The notes beneath the pieces are model-generated. The model ran no database searches. It saw only the letters and a program-made list of their open reading frames with translations, and had not been told where the DNA came from. From NCBI RefSeq assembly GCF_000143415.4, contig NW_003314298.1, forward strand, positions 496,001 through 560,000: a stretch of DNA of 64,000 nucleotides, given 5' to 3'. The position numbers and the translations under genes were made by a program. Numbering within the stretch: the stretch's first letter is position 1; each line of letters starts with the position of its first letter. Positions 47,847 through 61,800 of this stretch are shown one piece after another. The DNA comes from Selaginella moellendorffii. Its lineage: Eukaryota > Plantae > Lycopodiophyta.

Positions 47847-50473
47847 GGGTTTGGCGGGCAGTCGTGTCACTGCAATTCAAAAAAACAGGAGGGTGCTTTC
47901 AGTTCAGACATGAAGAGCATTCAATGCAAACGCTGCCTTTCCCAAAAAATCATAAAATAAAGATTTAAAAGCAACGTTTTGTTTGATCGTTGGTGAGTAC
48001 CTAAGTTGTCAAATCCTTGCTTAGAATCTGGGAATTTATTTTGATGACATGAGCAAAAATTCGGAGCTCAATCTTCCCAAGACTTTTCCAAATGCCAGAG
48101 TGAGGTGATCATTGGATACCCAAAGCAATTTTACTAGTACTACGGTAGAAATTAAGAACCGAGGTTTTTTCTGTTTATTCCCACAAGTTCCTCGTTTCTT
48201 GCCCTTTGTTCGCAACGCTAGACAAGGAGTGATTTTTGGAGGGAAGTTTGCAACTCCAAGCCACTTGATTGATTTAACCAGACAAGAACTATCTCTTTGC
48301 TTAGAATATGGTCATCTTTGCCTTAACGAATATTCCTAGAATATCCAGCTATAGTTTAGGAACAAAATTTCATACTTTAATTCTTTTATAATCCTGTTTT
48401 ATACTAATTTACAAGAATTATATACCTCAATTTTATTTCATGCTTCTACACCATACCACGATTTATAGCCCCAAAAGTATATATGGTTTCCATAGAGATT
48501 TTAGAAAAACTAAAGGTGAAAAGGATATATCACAAATATCCAAGTCTATACCTCAATCTAATTATTGATTTTCTTAGTTAGTTAGATAACCACCTAATAA
48601 ACACCAAAAGCCATTCCGGTTATTAAGTGGTTATTCCATTTTTCCCTGAAAATGGCAGGTAGGCAGCAGATTTCTCCATTATACATGGTAGGTTTTAATT
48701 TGTATACCTAAGAAAGTTTTAAGATAACTGAGCAAAATGCCTAATTAAGTAAATAAGGAGAGCCCTAGTTTTAGTGAGAATATTACTATCAAATCAATGT
48801 AAAATACTTCTCTATAGTTATTTGTATTGAATAATTTCTCTCAAATATTCCCAGAAAACTCTATGCCTATGATAATATAAATTTTATTCTAATTATATAA
48901 TATAAAATATACAACTTATTTATAATGCTAAATTTATAGCTTGTATTAATTAAAATCTTGTTTTTTTTTTCATTTGTGCAACTTCTTTTGTTCATATTAT
49001 TAAGGACAGAATGTAAATATTCTTGATAGTTCTTAGGGTAATCATTCAAAAGTGACATGATAGTTTTAAGAAGAATCATTTATATTAATTATGTAATTAC
49101 ATTAGTATTTAAAGATAATTAGGTTACTTTATAATGTATTATCTATTCTCATTTTATTTCTTACTTATGGCTGGGAAAAATGTTCTATATATGATGAGTT
49201 TACTTTTTCTTTTTATATTAACTTTTATTTTTATAGCTAAAAGTGCACCACTAAAAACATGTGGTGAACATTGTGAAACAGATGATGAATGCAAGGATCA
49301 AATTGCATGTGTTGATAAAATTTGCCAAGATGATCCAGATATGGATACTAATCCTTGTCCAAATATAGGTAAGAAAATTTCACCACCTCCATTTGATACT
49401 TTATCTCCTCCTGATGAGGATTTAACTCCTCCCAATTTTAAATAAATGTAATGCTAAGAACCTTACCAAATAAAATAAAATAAAATAAAAATTATGTTAT
49501 TCAAGTTAGTGTATTGATTAATGCATGTTGCTTTAGTCAATTTATATCAGATAACTTTTAAAAAATTCAAGGAATTTAAAATTGATTATTTTGTGAATTT
49601 TTTTTTTAAAATGTGTTAAATTATAATTTATTCCTAATAATAGTAATTTGTTAGCTAATTTAAGTTTTAGGTATATCTTGAATATATTCAAAAACACCTC
49701 AATCTAACAATTGTGATTTTTCCACTATGAAACCTTCTCTAATTCATTGATAATCACTTAGTTAATAATATTATAATTATTTTTTAAATTTCCTCTCAAT
49801 TCTCAATTTAGGACCAACCACCCTTCTGATCTTATAAATTTAGCAAACTCTAAAAGTTTATTATGTTAGTTTCATATATTAGTTCTTTGTTAGCTATAGT
49901 TTTATTAATTTTAATACAAGTTTTTATAATAAGAAATTTTGTTATGGGAATAGCAATATTAATTAGGGTTAGACCCCTTATCATATACATGAACCAAATT
50001 TAGTTTAAATGAATAATTTGTGAGACACAAATCCCTAAGCCCTAAAGTGGAGCAGAAAAAGCACCATATTTTAGTAGTCAAAGCAAAAGTCTAATAAATG
50101 TAATATGTTTAGACCAAAGGCTCTAACTTAAAAAGTTGAGAATAGAAGTGAAATCCCAAAATAAGTGCCCAAGGAATGAGCTTCTAAAAAGGGACACAAG
50201 AAGGACTAACACATGGCAAGTGTCATGATACATGGAAATGTCAAAAACAAAGAGTCCGAAAAGGAATCCAAGATACAGTGCAAAAAAGAGTTCAAGATGG
50301 AGTCCAAAAAGGAATTTGAGATGGAGTTTGAGAAAGAGTTTGAGATGGAGTTCGATATAAACCCCAGATGGAGTTTGATATGGACTTAGAGTCCGAGACC
50401 AAGTCTGAGTTCGAGTTCGAGTCGAGTCTGAGTCCAAAGGGTGAAAGCCTAAAGTGATTGTCTCCCAAACCCT
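47838..50473 (+). repeat. Local duplication A, copy 1
   Basis: Colinear with 52796-55822. Confidence 0.93.
49167..49445 (+). CDS. Secreted Cys-rich kissper-like (kiwellin N-domain) peptide, copy 1
   Basis: Hydrophobic signal peptide, then C-x3-C-x5-C-x5-C-x4-C-QDDP-x6-C and a Pro-rich tail; 92 aa. Confidence 0.8.
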   Translation: MAGKNVLYMMSLLFLFILTFIFIAKSAPLKTCGEHCETDDECKDQIACVDKICQDDPDMDTNPCPNIGKKISPPPFDTLSPPDEDLTPPNFK

Positions 50474-50482
50474 AGTGTGGCG

Positions 50483-50970
50483 AATTTGACTTCAGGTATC
50501 AAAAGTTACCTGTTGGCCAATCCTTATGGACACTCTTTTCTTACTGCCATGACAGTAGGAGGTAAGTATTGCTAGACCCTTTATCAGTCCCTCTTGTGCT
50601 AGTGGAGTTAAGTGGGCATTTCGAGTGTACTTAGACCGGACGAGCATAAGGACAGAATTCCTACGTGCTATTAGCTAAACACATTTAGCCCGATAAGGAG
50701 TTTCTGTCTCATTGTGTCTTGCACTGGCTAGTGATAATAACCCTCCTATATTGAGACTAGTCCCTCAATATTGCTGGATAATAGCTTACTATGTCTGCCA
50801 AACACCCTTACTATTATGCCCTTTGTGTTAGTTTTATTTCGGTCCTAAATTCTATTTGTGGAAAGTGTCCAGATTTGCTCATTTGGCATATCTACAGAAT
50901 GTAAAGATTGTCTTGAACACAATGGTGTTCATCCCGTGTCCAAATTCACAATCTAAGGATATTCCATATT
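50483..50970 (+). repeat. Duplicated segment B, copy 1
   Basis: Colinear with about 60999-61486. Confidence 0.88.
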
Positions 50971-51274
50971 TAGTAAATTTCAAGCTTGTCCCAGAGACTA
51001 ACTCCTAATACTAAGGGATGCTTGAAGTGAAAGCCCAAAGCGTGTGTTCCTCAAGGGGGGGGGGGGATGTGGGATAGTAGGGATAGTGGGTAGGTCAGGC
51101 ATGCCTGACCAATTGAAGGCATAGTCTAGTTCCCATTTGTGTGCTTGTCCTTGTTCTATGTCCGACTTGGGCCTAAGCCCAAGTTCCATTCCATACTAGC
51201 TGGTGGAGTACCCATGTCCTTGCATTAGGCCAGAGATATGCCGAAATAGCGCCAGACTCCGTTTGGCTTCGTTT

Positions 51275-52788
51275 GGTTATCAAAATTGGGGAAGTAATTC
51301 TCAAGTGTTCAAAAAAATGGCTTTGAACAAAAGTTAATGGTTGAGGACTTACATGCTTATGCATTAAACCATATTACGCTCGTCAGGTGACTTGCTAAGC
51401 GAGATTAACAAGTCAGGGGAGCAAAGACTTTAGTTAAAGGTATTGGCTCCAAAAGGGATGGCCCATGGGGCTAAATATACATGATCATAGACTTGTTAAA
51501 TGAGAGGATTTGGCAGTTTGAAGAAACTAAGTTCCTAAACTATGATCTATAGTGCACATTAAGTATAAATTGGTGCATTGGCGTAAGGAGTCACGCCAAA
51601 CATTCTTAGTGATACTACTTGTAGATGCATATACGAAAGTTGGGTTTGAGTCATAACTTTGTAATGCTTGGGTTTGAGTCCCAACTCACTAAGGGCATGG
51701 TGATGGTTTGAAATATGAAGACACTTATTTTTTAGTGGTTATAGACTCTCAATAAGGAGATTGGTTTGAGCACACTACCAAGTGGGGGATGCCTTGAAGT
51801 CGTGATGCACAGTTAAATTGTTTAGTGTGAAAGCTTGGCATATCTAACTTGAATAACTTTGGTGCAAGTGGCATCAAGGACATAGATGAAATAAAGACAC
51901 CCAATCTCAGTTGTCATGGACCCTTAGCCAAAAGGGTTGGCTTGGGTGCATTGCTAAGTGTGGGGGATGCCCCTAGGGTCATGGTTAACAACTTAAAAGT
52001 TTGGAAAACGTAATATTGATTAGCAAATCTATTAAAGTGTTAAGATGAGATCACTAAGTGATTTTATGGTTAAACAAGGATAAAGCCCTTGTGACATTAA
52101 GGAATAATGTTCCTAGTTCAAATTATTGATTTAAACTATTGGTAATAATATAACTTGGTCAAGGTGACCAAGTGGAAAGGACACCTAAGAGAAATGAGTT
52201 ATAGCAATACAATAGTATTGTGAGTCCAAGAAAATAGTCTCTAAAGAAAGACCTATACATAAGTCGCAAAATTGGCCCGTGGATAGAGCCCACAACAGAT
52301 AATGCTGGAAAAAATTACTAAGGGTGAACACCTTTTGGACTTAGTGAAACAAAGCTTTTACTACGAAACCAAAAAGATATCACGAATATGGAAGTAGTGA
52401 TCCTAAATTGTTTAGTACAATAATCAAAGGATAGTAGTAAAAGACTAATCACCAAGAATGGGTTATGGAAATTATTAAAAGGAATCCAAATAACAAAGTT
52501 ATGTCAAGAACACTCATGTGTTAGATGCTAACAGATTATGGAAAATGAAATATGTTTTTGAAAATAAATTCCCAAATGCTCCAATTTGGCAAACGTGAAA
52601 GCTCCAAAAGATGGAGTGGCAAAATAGCCAAATGATAAAGCCATGAATAACATTATAAGTGGAATTTAGTGCCAAGGGTGGCACGAAATAAAAGTATTAG
52701 TGTGACCAACACGTGGTGGGTGATGATATAACCACTAAGGAGTCCAAGGCTAAAGTCAATACGGATGGACAAATGGGGTAACTTGGTG
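51275..52788 (+). repeat. Duplicated segment C, copy 1
   Basis: Near-identical to 58834-60357. Confidence 0.93.
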
Positions 52789-54061
52789 GTGGAGCCATGT
52801 GGCGGGTTTGGCAGGTAGTCGTGTCACTACAATTCAAAAAAACAGGAGGGTGCTTTCAGTTCAGACATGAAGAGCATTCAATGCAAACGCTGCCTTTCCC
52901 AAAAAATTATAAAATAAAGATTTAAAAGCAACGTTTTGTTTGATCGTTGGTGAGTACCTAAGTTGTCAAATCCTTGCTTAGAATCTGGGAATTTATTTTG
53001 ATGACATGAGCAAAATTCAGAGCTCAATCTTCCCAAGACTTTTCCAAATGCCAGAGTGAGGTGATCATTGGATACACAAAGCAATTTTACTAGTACTATA
53101 GGTTACGGTAGAAATTAAGAACTGAGGTATTTTCTGTTTATTCCCACAAGTTCCTCGTTTCTTGCCCTTTGTTCACAACGCTCCAGACAAGGAGTGATTT
53201 TTGGAGGGAAGTTTGCAACTTCAAGCTAACCAGACAAGAACTATCTCATATGGTCACTTTGCCTTAACGAATATTCCTAGAATATTCAGTTATATTTTAG
53301 GAACAAAATTTTATACTTTAATTCTTTTATAATCCTGGTCTACTTAGAATTATATACCTCAATCTTATTTCATGCTTCTACACCATACCTAAAAGTATAC
53401 ATGGTTTTTAGAAAAACTAAAGGTGAAAAGAATATATCACGAATATCCAAGTATATCCTATACCTCAATCTAATGATTGATTTTCTTATTAGTTATTTAG
53501 ATAACCACCTAATAAACACCAAAAACCATTCCGGTGATTAAGTGGTTATTCCATTTTTCCCTGAAAATGGCAGGTAGGCAGCACATTTCTCCATTATACA
53601 TGTCAGGTTTTAATTTGTATACCTAAGAAAGTTCAAAATGCCTAATTAAGTAAATAAGGAGAGCCCTAGTTTTAGTAAGAATATTACTATCAAATCAAAG
53701 TAAAATACTTCTCTATAGTTCTTTGTATTGAATAATTTCTTTCAAATATTCCCAGAAAACTCTATGCCTATGATAATATAAAATTTATTCTAATTATATA
53801 ATATAAAATATACAACTTGTTTATAATGCTAAATGTATAGCTTGTACTAATTAATATCTTTTTTTTATTTGTGCAACTTCTTTTGTTCATATTATTAAGG
53901 ACAGAATGTAAATATTCTTGATAGTTCTTAGGGTAATCATTCAAAAGTTACATGATAGTTTTAAGAAGAATCATTTATATTGATTATGTAATTACTTTCG
54001 TATTTAAAGACAATTAGGTTACTTTATAGTATATTATCTATTCTCATTTTATTTCTTACTT

Positions 54062-54340
54062 ATGGCTAGAAAAAATGTTCTATATATTATGACTTTACTT
54101 TTTCTTTTTATATTAACTTTTATTTTTATAGCTAAAAGTGCACCACTAAAAACATGTGGTGAACATTGTGAAACAGATGATGAATGCAAGGATCAAATTG
54201 CATGTGTTGATAAAATTTGCCAAGATGATCCAGATATGGATACTAATCCTTGTCCAAATATAGGTAAGAAAATTTCACCACCTCCATTTGATACTTTATC
54301 TCCTCCTGATGAGGATTTAACTCCTCCCAATTTTAAATAA
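54062..54340 (+). CDS. Secreted Cys-rich kissper-like peptide, copy 2
   Basis: Mature region identical to copy 1; 3 substitutions in the signal peptide. Confidence 0.8.
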   Translation: MARKNVLYIMTLLFLFILTFIFIAKSAPLKTCGEHCETDDECKDQIACVDKICQDDPDMDTNPCPNIGKKISPPPFDTLSPPDEDLTPPNFK

Positions 54341-55289
54341 ATGTAATGCTAAGAACCTTACCAAATAAAATAAAATAAAATAAAAATTATGTTATTCAAG
54401 TTAGTGTATTGATTAATGCATGTTGCTTTAGTCAATTTATATCAGATAACTTTTAAAAAATTCAAGGAATTTAAAATTGATTATTTTGTGAAATTTTCTT
54501 TTAAAATGTACCAAATTATAATTCAATCCTAATAATAATAATTTTTTAGCTAATTTAAAATTTTGGTATATCTTGAATATTTTAAAAAACACTTCAATCT
54601 AAAAATTGTGAATTTTCCACTATTAAACCTTCTCTAATTCATTGATAATCACTTAGTTAATAATATTTCAAATTTTTTCAAATTTCCTCTCAATTCTCAA
54701 TTTAGGACCAACCACCCTTCTGACCTTATGAATTTACCAAACTCTAAAAGTTTATTACATTAGTTTCATATATTAGTTTTTTTTTAGCTATAGTTTTATT
54801 AATTTTAATACAAGTTTTAGTAACTCAGGATAAGCAAAGCCTTGGAAGCTAGCCTCAAACGATACCATGCCTACAAGAGTGCCAAGAGCAGCGAAGACTA
54901 GACCATAGCAATCCTGGAGAATGCATTTCTGACCTAGTTTTTGGGACAGAAAGCACCATTGAAATAAGCTGTAATCATAGGAGTGTCCTCTTCTCATATA
55001 CAAGAATGGATGAACTAAATTTCATTTAAATGAATAACCTGTGAGACAAAAATCCTTAAGCCCCAAAGTGGAGAAAAAAAGTACCATATGGTAGTGGTCG
55101 AAGTGAAAGTCTAATAAACATAACATATTTGGACTAAAGGCTCTGATTTGAAAAATCAAGAGTAAGAATGCAACTCTAGAAAAAGTGCTTGAGGAATGAG
55201 TATGAAATAATTGGTGAATGAGTATCTAAAAAAGGACATAAGGAGGATTGACATATGGCAAGTGTCATAATGCATGGAAGTGTAAAAAA

Positions 55290-55790
55290 TGAGTTTGAAA
55301 AGGAGTCTGAGAAAGAATCTGAGATAAAGTCCAAAAAGGAGTACAAAATGGAGTCTAAGAAAGAATTTGAGATGGAGTTCAAGAAGGAGTTTGAGATAGA
55401 GTCCAATATAGACCCGAGATAGAGTCTGATATGGACCTGAGATGGAGTCTAATATGGACCCGAGATGGACCCGAGATGGAGTCTAATATAGATCCGAGAT
55501 GGACCCGAGATGAAGTTTAATATGGATCCGAGATGGACCCAAGATGGAGTTTAAGATGGAGTTCAAGATGGATCTTATGAGATGGACTCGAGATGGAATT
55601 TGAGATGCACTGGAGATGGAGTTTGAGGTCAAGTCCAAGATGGACCTTAAATGGAGTCTAAGGTTGAGGCCAAGAAAGAGACTGAGACTGAGATTGAGAT
55701 TGAAACCAAGACCAAGATCGAGACCGAGTTCGAGACCAAGTTCAAGAATAAGTCTGAGTTCGAGTCTGAGTCTAAGTCTGAGCTCGAGGG
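55290..55790. repeat. Degenerate ~12-bp minisatellite (gagatggagttt / gagatggacccg / gagtct)
   Basis: Many tandem variants; the shorter homologous array is at about 50250-50435. Confidence 0.85.
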
Positions 55791-55896
55791 TGAAAGCCCA
55801 AAGCGATTGTCTCCTAGACCCTGAGGGGTTTGGTGAGCTCCAAAAGTATAATAAGGGGATAACTCTAATAGAGTCAATTTAGCCAGGAAAGGCTAA

Positions 55897-58800
55897 TGGG
55901 TGATAATATAACCATTAAGGAGTCAAATAAAGATGGACAAATGGGGTAATTTGGTAAAGTGTTTAAGAGCTGGCTCTAGCTCTTCCAAAAGATCAAATGG
56001 TCAATGCTCTAATCCAAGTGTGAGTGGCACTACCTATTTAGATACTTGGTGTGGCTCATCAGAACTTTATTCTAGCCACATGGATAGGGCACCCAAAGGC
56101 ACAAGATGGAGAGAGTACTCACAAGGCTCGTGTAAGAGCATAGTGTTTTAAAATGTTATCCTAAAGTTCTACATTGTGGAAAGGAAGAGGAGCAATCTTC
56201 TTGTGTAGTAACCAAGGATGCAATCATATGGCAAGTAAATCCCAAAGGTTAATAAGATGTAGTGGTTGGCCGTCAGGCCCTAACACAGTAGTAATGTTGG
56301 TGAACACGGCCAAGGACGAAGAAAAACTTGGTGTGGATTGAAAAAGGAATGTTGGGGAAAGTTGTTCCTCATGTTTCTAGCCATCCTAAGGATGTTAAGA
56401 AGTGGTTCTAGGATGACCATTTATGGATGGATGGCTTAATGTTTGAGAGACAGGACTATGGCATAAGTGGCCTAGAACTACTAATGAGACAAAGATAAAT
56501 GGACATGGCTTTAGTATAACATACTGGTATATCAAAAGTACCTTTGGTGTATTGATCATGGGATCAAATACGTAGAGTACTTAAATCAAGTGCAAAGACT
56601 GAGTCTCGAAGTTTGGCATATGACTTATGGAGGTTGTGAGTGAGACTCCTCCAAATGGTCGAAAGTGTAGTTAAAAATTTAAAGTAAAGTGAAAAATTTA
56701 GTTATTTACAATTTGATATCAAAGTTATTCTTTAGTCTGACTCTTATTAGTGGTTGAGTATATCACCACTCATATTGGCATCGGAAGGCCTTAAGAGTGG
56801 GCCTATTCTCAAAGAGTAGCATGTCAAAATGGCATGACTCTCTACTTTAGTGTATATGCAAACATGTAGGATGTGATGGATAAAAAAAGCTCAATAAGGG
56901 AATGATTTTGGGATCTTGGGAACAATATAAAATTTTCCTCAGAGAGTTAAGGATGTGATCCAGATGAGTGTTTGACTTAACAAACTGGCTAACGTGGTTG
57001 TGATAAATAACTATAATTGAGATCATGGGAAGGATGAAAACTTCGAGACAATAAAGGAGTTGTAAGATTATCCTCATGAATTTGAGATGAAAATTAATAA
57101 CTATGGGAAATTAAATACAAAAGAGGAACACAGGTCCTTGAAATGATAGTTGGGATTACTTTTAATAAATGATGGAATAACCCAAGGAGTTAAGGGTGTA
57201 CTTAGAGGATGAATCGGTATTCTTATCATATGGACAGATAGTCCTAAAGGGCAAATGTTGCCTATATGGAACAAAGAATAATTAAATGTTAGAGTAACAC
57301 TTGCAAAGATGATCTTTATGAGTAAAACATAAATACAAGAAGTTGTATTCTAGCGAGTTGGCATATCAAAAGTAGTTATGAGGTTAAGACTTTATGGGTT
57401 ATCAAATTAATAAAGTTTAAAAGATAAATGACTCAAGTGAAGTCAAGGAATAGTCTTAAAGGATTGGTGGAAAAATTTGGATTAAAGTGTATTGTACCCT
57501 ACAAAGGATAGGGAGGATCATGAGATCCAAGTATGAAAACAATATGTATTTCATTAATGCTAGAATATGCTATATTAAAGTCATGGGAAAGGTGTTTTTG
57601 GAAAAAAATAACTTTGGCACAGAGTTATATATAAACACTATAAAGCAATGCTAACTAGTAGTTGGTATAAAAAATGACTAGTTTGATTTTGATAAGACCT
57701 AGACACAAGTGGAAAGTGTTATTAAAATAGGATTAAAAAGCCAATAGGGTGAAGACCCCAAATGTCCCAAAGGATAATTTACCCCTTGTTAAAGTAACCC
57801 TAATGAAAACAATACCCTAGATATGGTAGAATTCATATATTTGTACTAAGTCTTGGTAGAAGTGTAGAAGTATCAACAATGAGTTGTAAAATATAATACT
57901 TATGAAGCAATTAAACAAAGGTTAAAAATGATTTGCTGGAATAGTGGGAGCTAACTTCTAGAGACTTCTTGGTTAGATAAAAACGAGGTTAGATACATTC
58001 TTTAAGGGATAGTATGCTTATGTTGCGATATAGTGAGTTTGTATCAATAAGAAACATTTATTGTTAGGAAATTTTATCATGAAAACATATAATCATTTTA
58101 AAAACACTAAAGAGGTGACGTTTGGGTATTAAAGGGGCATTAGATAAGACCCAAAAGATGAAGTCTCTAAAAAAGAATGGATATAAACTACTATCTAATA
58201 TCCAAGGTTGACAAAAGTTAAAGACAAGATAAGTTTAACTATCCAAAGTGGATCAAACCAAAAGAATTTTTGCATGGCTAGCAATGAGCATAAAGAAGCC
58301 TATGTATAACAACATTAATCTTGATGTGTAGGATTATATAGTAAACATATCCAAATTAAAGAACCACTCCCTAAATCATTAAGTAAGTTCATCCTTAAAA
58401 ATAGTTGCTAATGCATGGTTGAAAGGGCAAAGCTACCCTTCTAATTAGGAAGAGAATAATTAAAGGGAACATATAAAGCCAAAATCAAGTAGTAAAGGGA
58501 TAGAATTGAACCATAAAAATCAAAGAGTATAACCAAGGGTAATTATATAAGTTGGGAGTGGAAAATCAAGTGGTGCTCAAAAGTGTTGCTATTGGCAACT
58601 ATAATGCTATAAAGACTCTAAAGTATAAAATTGTTAATGTTAGACTATATGGCAATTAAAAGGCATGTAAAAAGAAAGGTATTAGCAAAATAAAGAACAG
58701 AGTCCTTTTGAGGTTCTCAAAGACAATTTTAGGTATGTTAATACTTAGAAAAATAAATATAAATGTTTTATAAAAATGGGTGAAATCAAATTGGTATAGC

Positions 58801-61800
58801 AAAAACGTGGTATTGAAGCTTGCCATGAGATGAGGTTATCAAAATTGGGGAAGTAATTCTCAAGTGTTCAAAAAAATGGCTTTGAACAAAAGTTAATGGT
58901 TGAGGACTTACATGCTTATGCATTAAACCATATTACGCTGGTCAGGTGGCTTGTTAAGCGAGATTAACAAGTCAGGTGAGCAAAGACTTTAGTTAAAGGT
59001 ATTGACTCCAAAAGGGATGGCCCATGGGGCTAAATATGCATGATCATAGACTTGTTAAATGAGAGGATTTGGCAGTTTGAAGAAACTAAGTTTCTAAACT
59101 ATGATTTGTAGTGCACATTAAGTATAAATTGGTGCACTGGCGTAAGGAGTCACGCCAAACATTCTTAGTGATATTACTTGTAGATGCATATACGAAGGTT
59201 GGGTTTGAGTCGTAACTTTGTAATGCTTGGGTTTGAATCCCAACTCACTAAGGGCATGGTGATGGTTTGAAATATGAAGACACTTATTTTTCAGTGGTTA
59301 TAGACTCTCAATAAGGAGATTGGTTTGAGCACACTACCAAGTGGGGGATGCCTTGAAGTCGTGATGCACAATTAAATTGTTTAGTGTGAAAGCTTGGCAT
59401 ATCTAACTTGAATAACTTTAGTATAAGTGGTATCAAGGACATAGATGAAATAGAGACACCCAATCTCAGTTGTCATGGACCCTTAGCCAAAAGGGTTGGC
59501 TTGGGTGCATTGCCAAGTGTGGGGGATGCCCCTAGGGTCATGGTTAACAACTTAAAAGTTTGGAAACTGTAATATTGATTAGCAAATCTATTAAAGTGTT
59601 AAGATGAGATCACTAAGTGATTTTATGGTTAAACAAAGATAAAGCCCTTGTGATATTAATGAATAAGGTTCCTAGTTCAAATTATTGATTTAAACTATAA
59701 TAATATAACTTGGTCAAGGTGACCAAGTGGAAAGGACACCTAAGAGAAATGAGTTATAGCAATACAATAGTGTTGTGAGTCCAAGAAAATAGTCTCTAAA
59801 GAAAGACCTATACATGAGTCGCAAAATTGGCCCGTGGATAGAGCCCACAACAGATAATGCTGGAAAGAATTACTAAGGGTGAACACCTTTTGGATTTAGT
59901 GAAACAGAGCTTTTACTACGAAACCAAAAAGATATCACGAATATGGAAGTAGTGATCCTAAATTATTTAGTACAATAATCAAAGGATAGGAGTAAAAGAC
60001 TAATCACCAAGAATGGGCTATGGAAATTATTAAAAGGAATCCAAATAACAAAGTTATGTCAAGAACACTCATGTGTTGGATGCTAACAGATTATGGAAAA
60101 TGAAATATGTTTTTGAAAATAAATTCCCAAATGCTCCAATTTGGCAAACGTGAAAACTCCAAAAGATGGAGTGGCAAAATAACCAAATGATAAAGCCATG
60201 AATAACATTAGCATGAATTATAGATAAGTGGAATTTAGTTCCAAGGGTGGCACGAAATAAAAGTATTAGTGTGACCAACACATGGTGGGTGATGATATAA
60301 CCACTAAGGAGTCCAAGGCTAAAGTCAATACAGATGGACAAATGGGGTAACTTGGTGAAGTGTTTAAGAATCAACTCTAGCTCCCCTGGAAGATCAAATG
60401 GTCAATGTTCCTAATCTAAATGTGAGTGGCACTACCTACTTGGATACATAATATGGCTCATTGGAACCTCACTTTAACCACATAGTTAGGGCACCCAAAG
60501 GCGGAAGGTAAGGAGAGTACCACAAGGTTTATATAGAGCTATGGTGTTTCGAAATATTGTCCCAAAATCTTAGACTATAGAAAAGGAGAGGAGTAATCCT
60601 CTTATGTAGTAACCAAGGATGCAATTATATGGCAAAGAAGTCTTAGAGGTTAATGGGATGTAGTGGTTGGGCATTTAAGCCCTAACCCAATGGTAGTGTT
60701 GGCAAACATAGTTAGGGACAAAAAGAGATTTGGTGGGGATTGAAAAAGAGATGTTGGGGAAAGTTGTTCCCCATGTCTTTGGGCATCTTAAGGATACTAA
60801 AGAGTAATTTTAAAATGACCACTCATAGACGAATGGTTTAGTCTTTAAGAGATGGGACTATGGCACAGATGATCTAAAACTACCAATAAGACAGGGTAAA
60901 TGGACATAGTTTTAGTATAACATGCTGATATATTAGTAGTACCTTTGGGGTGTCAATCATAAGATTGAATACGTGAAGTATTTGGACCAAATTGTCGCAA
61001 ATGTGACTTCGGGTATCGAAAGTTACTTGTCGACCAGTCCTTATAGACACTCTTTCCTTACTGCCACGATGGCAGGAGGTTGGTATTGCTAGACCCTTTA
61101 TCAGCCCCTCTTGTTCAAGTGTTAGTAAACTGGACTTAGCATCTGTACTTGGCCGGATGAGCATAAGGACGGAATTCCTAAGTGTCTATTTGGCCAAGCA
61201 TACTTGGCCCGGCTTTTTAGTTCTCTTTTGCTCTGTCTTGCACTGGCTTGACAAGAACCCTCGCATATTGAGATTGGTCCCTCAATATCGCTGGATGATA
61301 GCTTACCGTGTTTGCCAAACACCCTCGCTATCATGCCCTTTGTGTTAGTCTCAATTCGTCCCAGATGCTATTTATGGAAAGTGTCCAGATTTGCTCATTT
61401 GGCATATCTACAGAATGTAGAGATCGGCCTGAACACAATGGTGTTCGTCCCGTGTTCAAATTCGCAATCTAAGGACATTCCACATTCAAGACATGCTCAG
61501 AGCTATTGACTAAATGCATTAGTGAGCTTATTGCAGTTGAGTTGGATTCGAGTGGTCATTTAGTTTGTGCTTGTCTATGAACTTTTATCTCGTACCTGAG
61601 GTATTACGTTCATATTGGATGAGTATATGACTCGATGATATGAGTTTAGTGTTGAGTCTTGTGAACGCAAGTTGAGGAGTGATTGTTAGTTGCTTTGTGA
61701 CTAGTGATTACTTGTAGACTTCATCAAGGACCGTTGACACTTGCTTTGCTTGATGATGATTTAGCAGTGGTGGGCTTGCTTTACCGGATGGTGTTGCAGA

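Larger units (their letters stand above)
52796..55822 (+). repeat. Local duplication A, copy 2
   Basis: Colinear with 47838-50473, with an expanded minisatellite. Confidence 0.93.
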
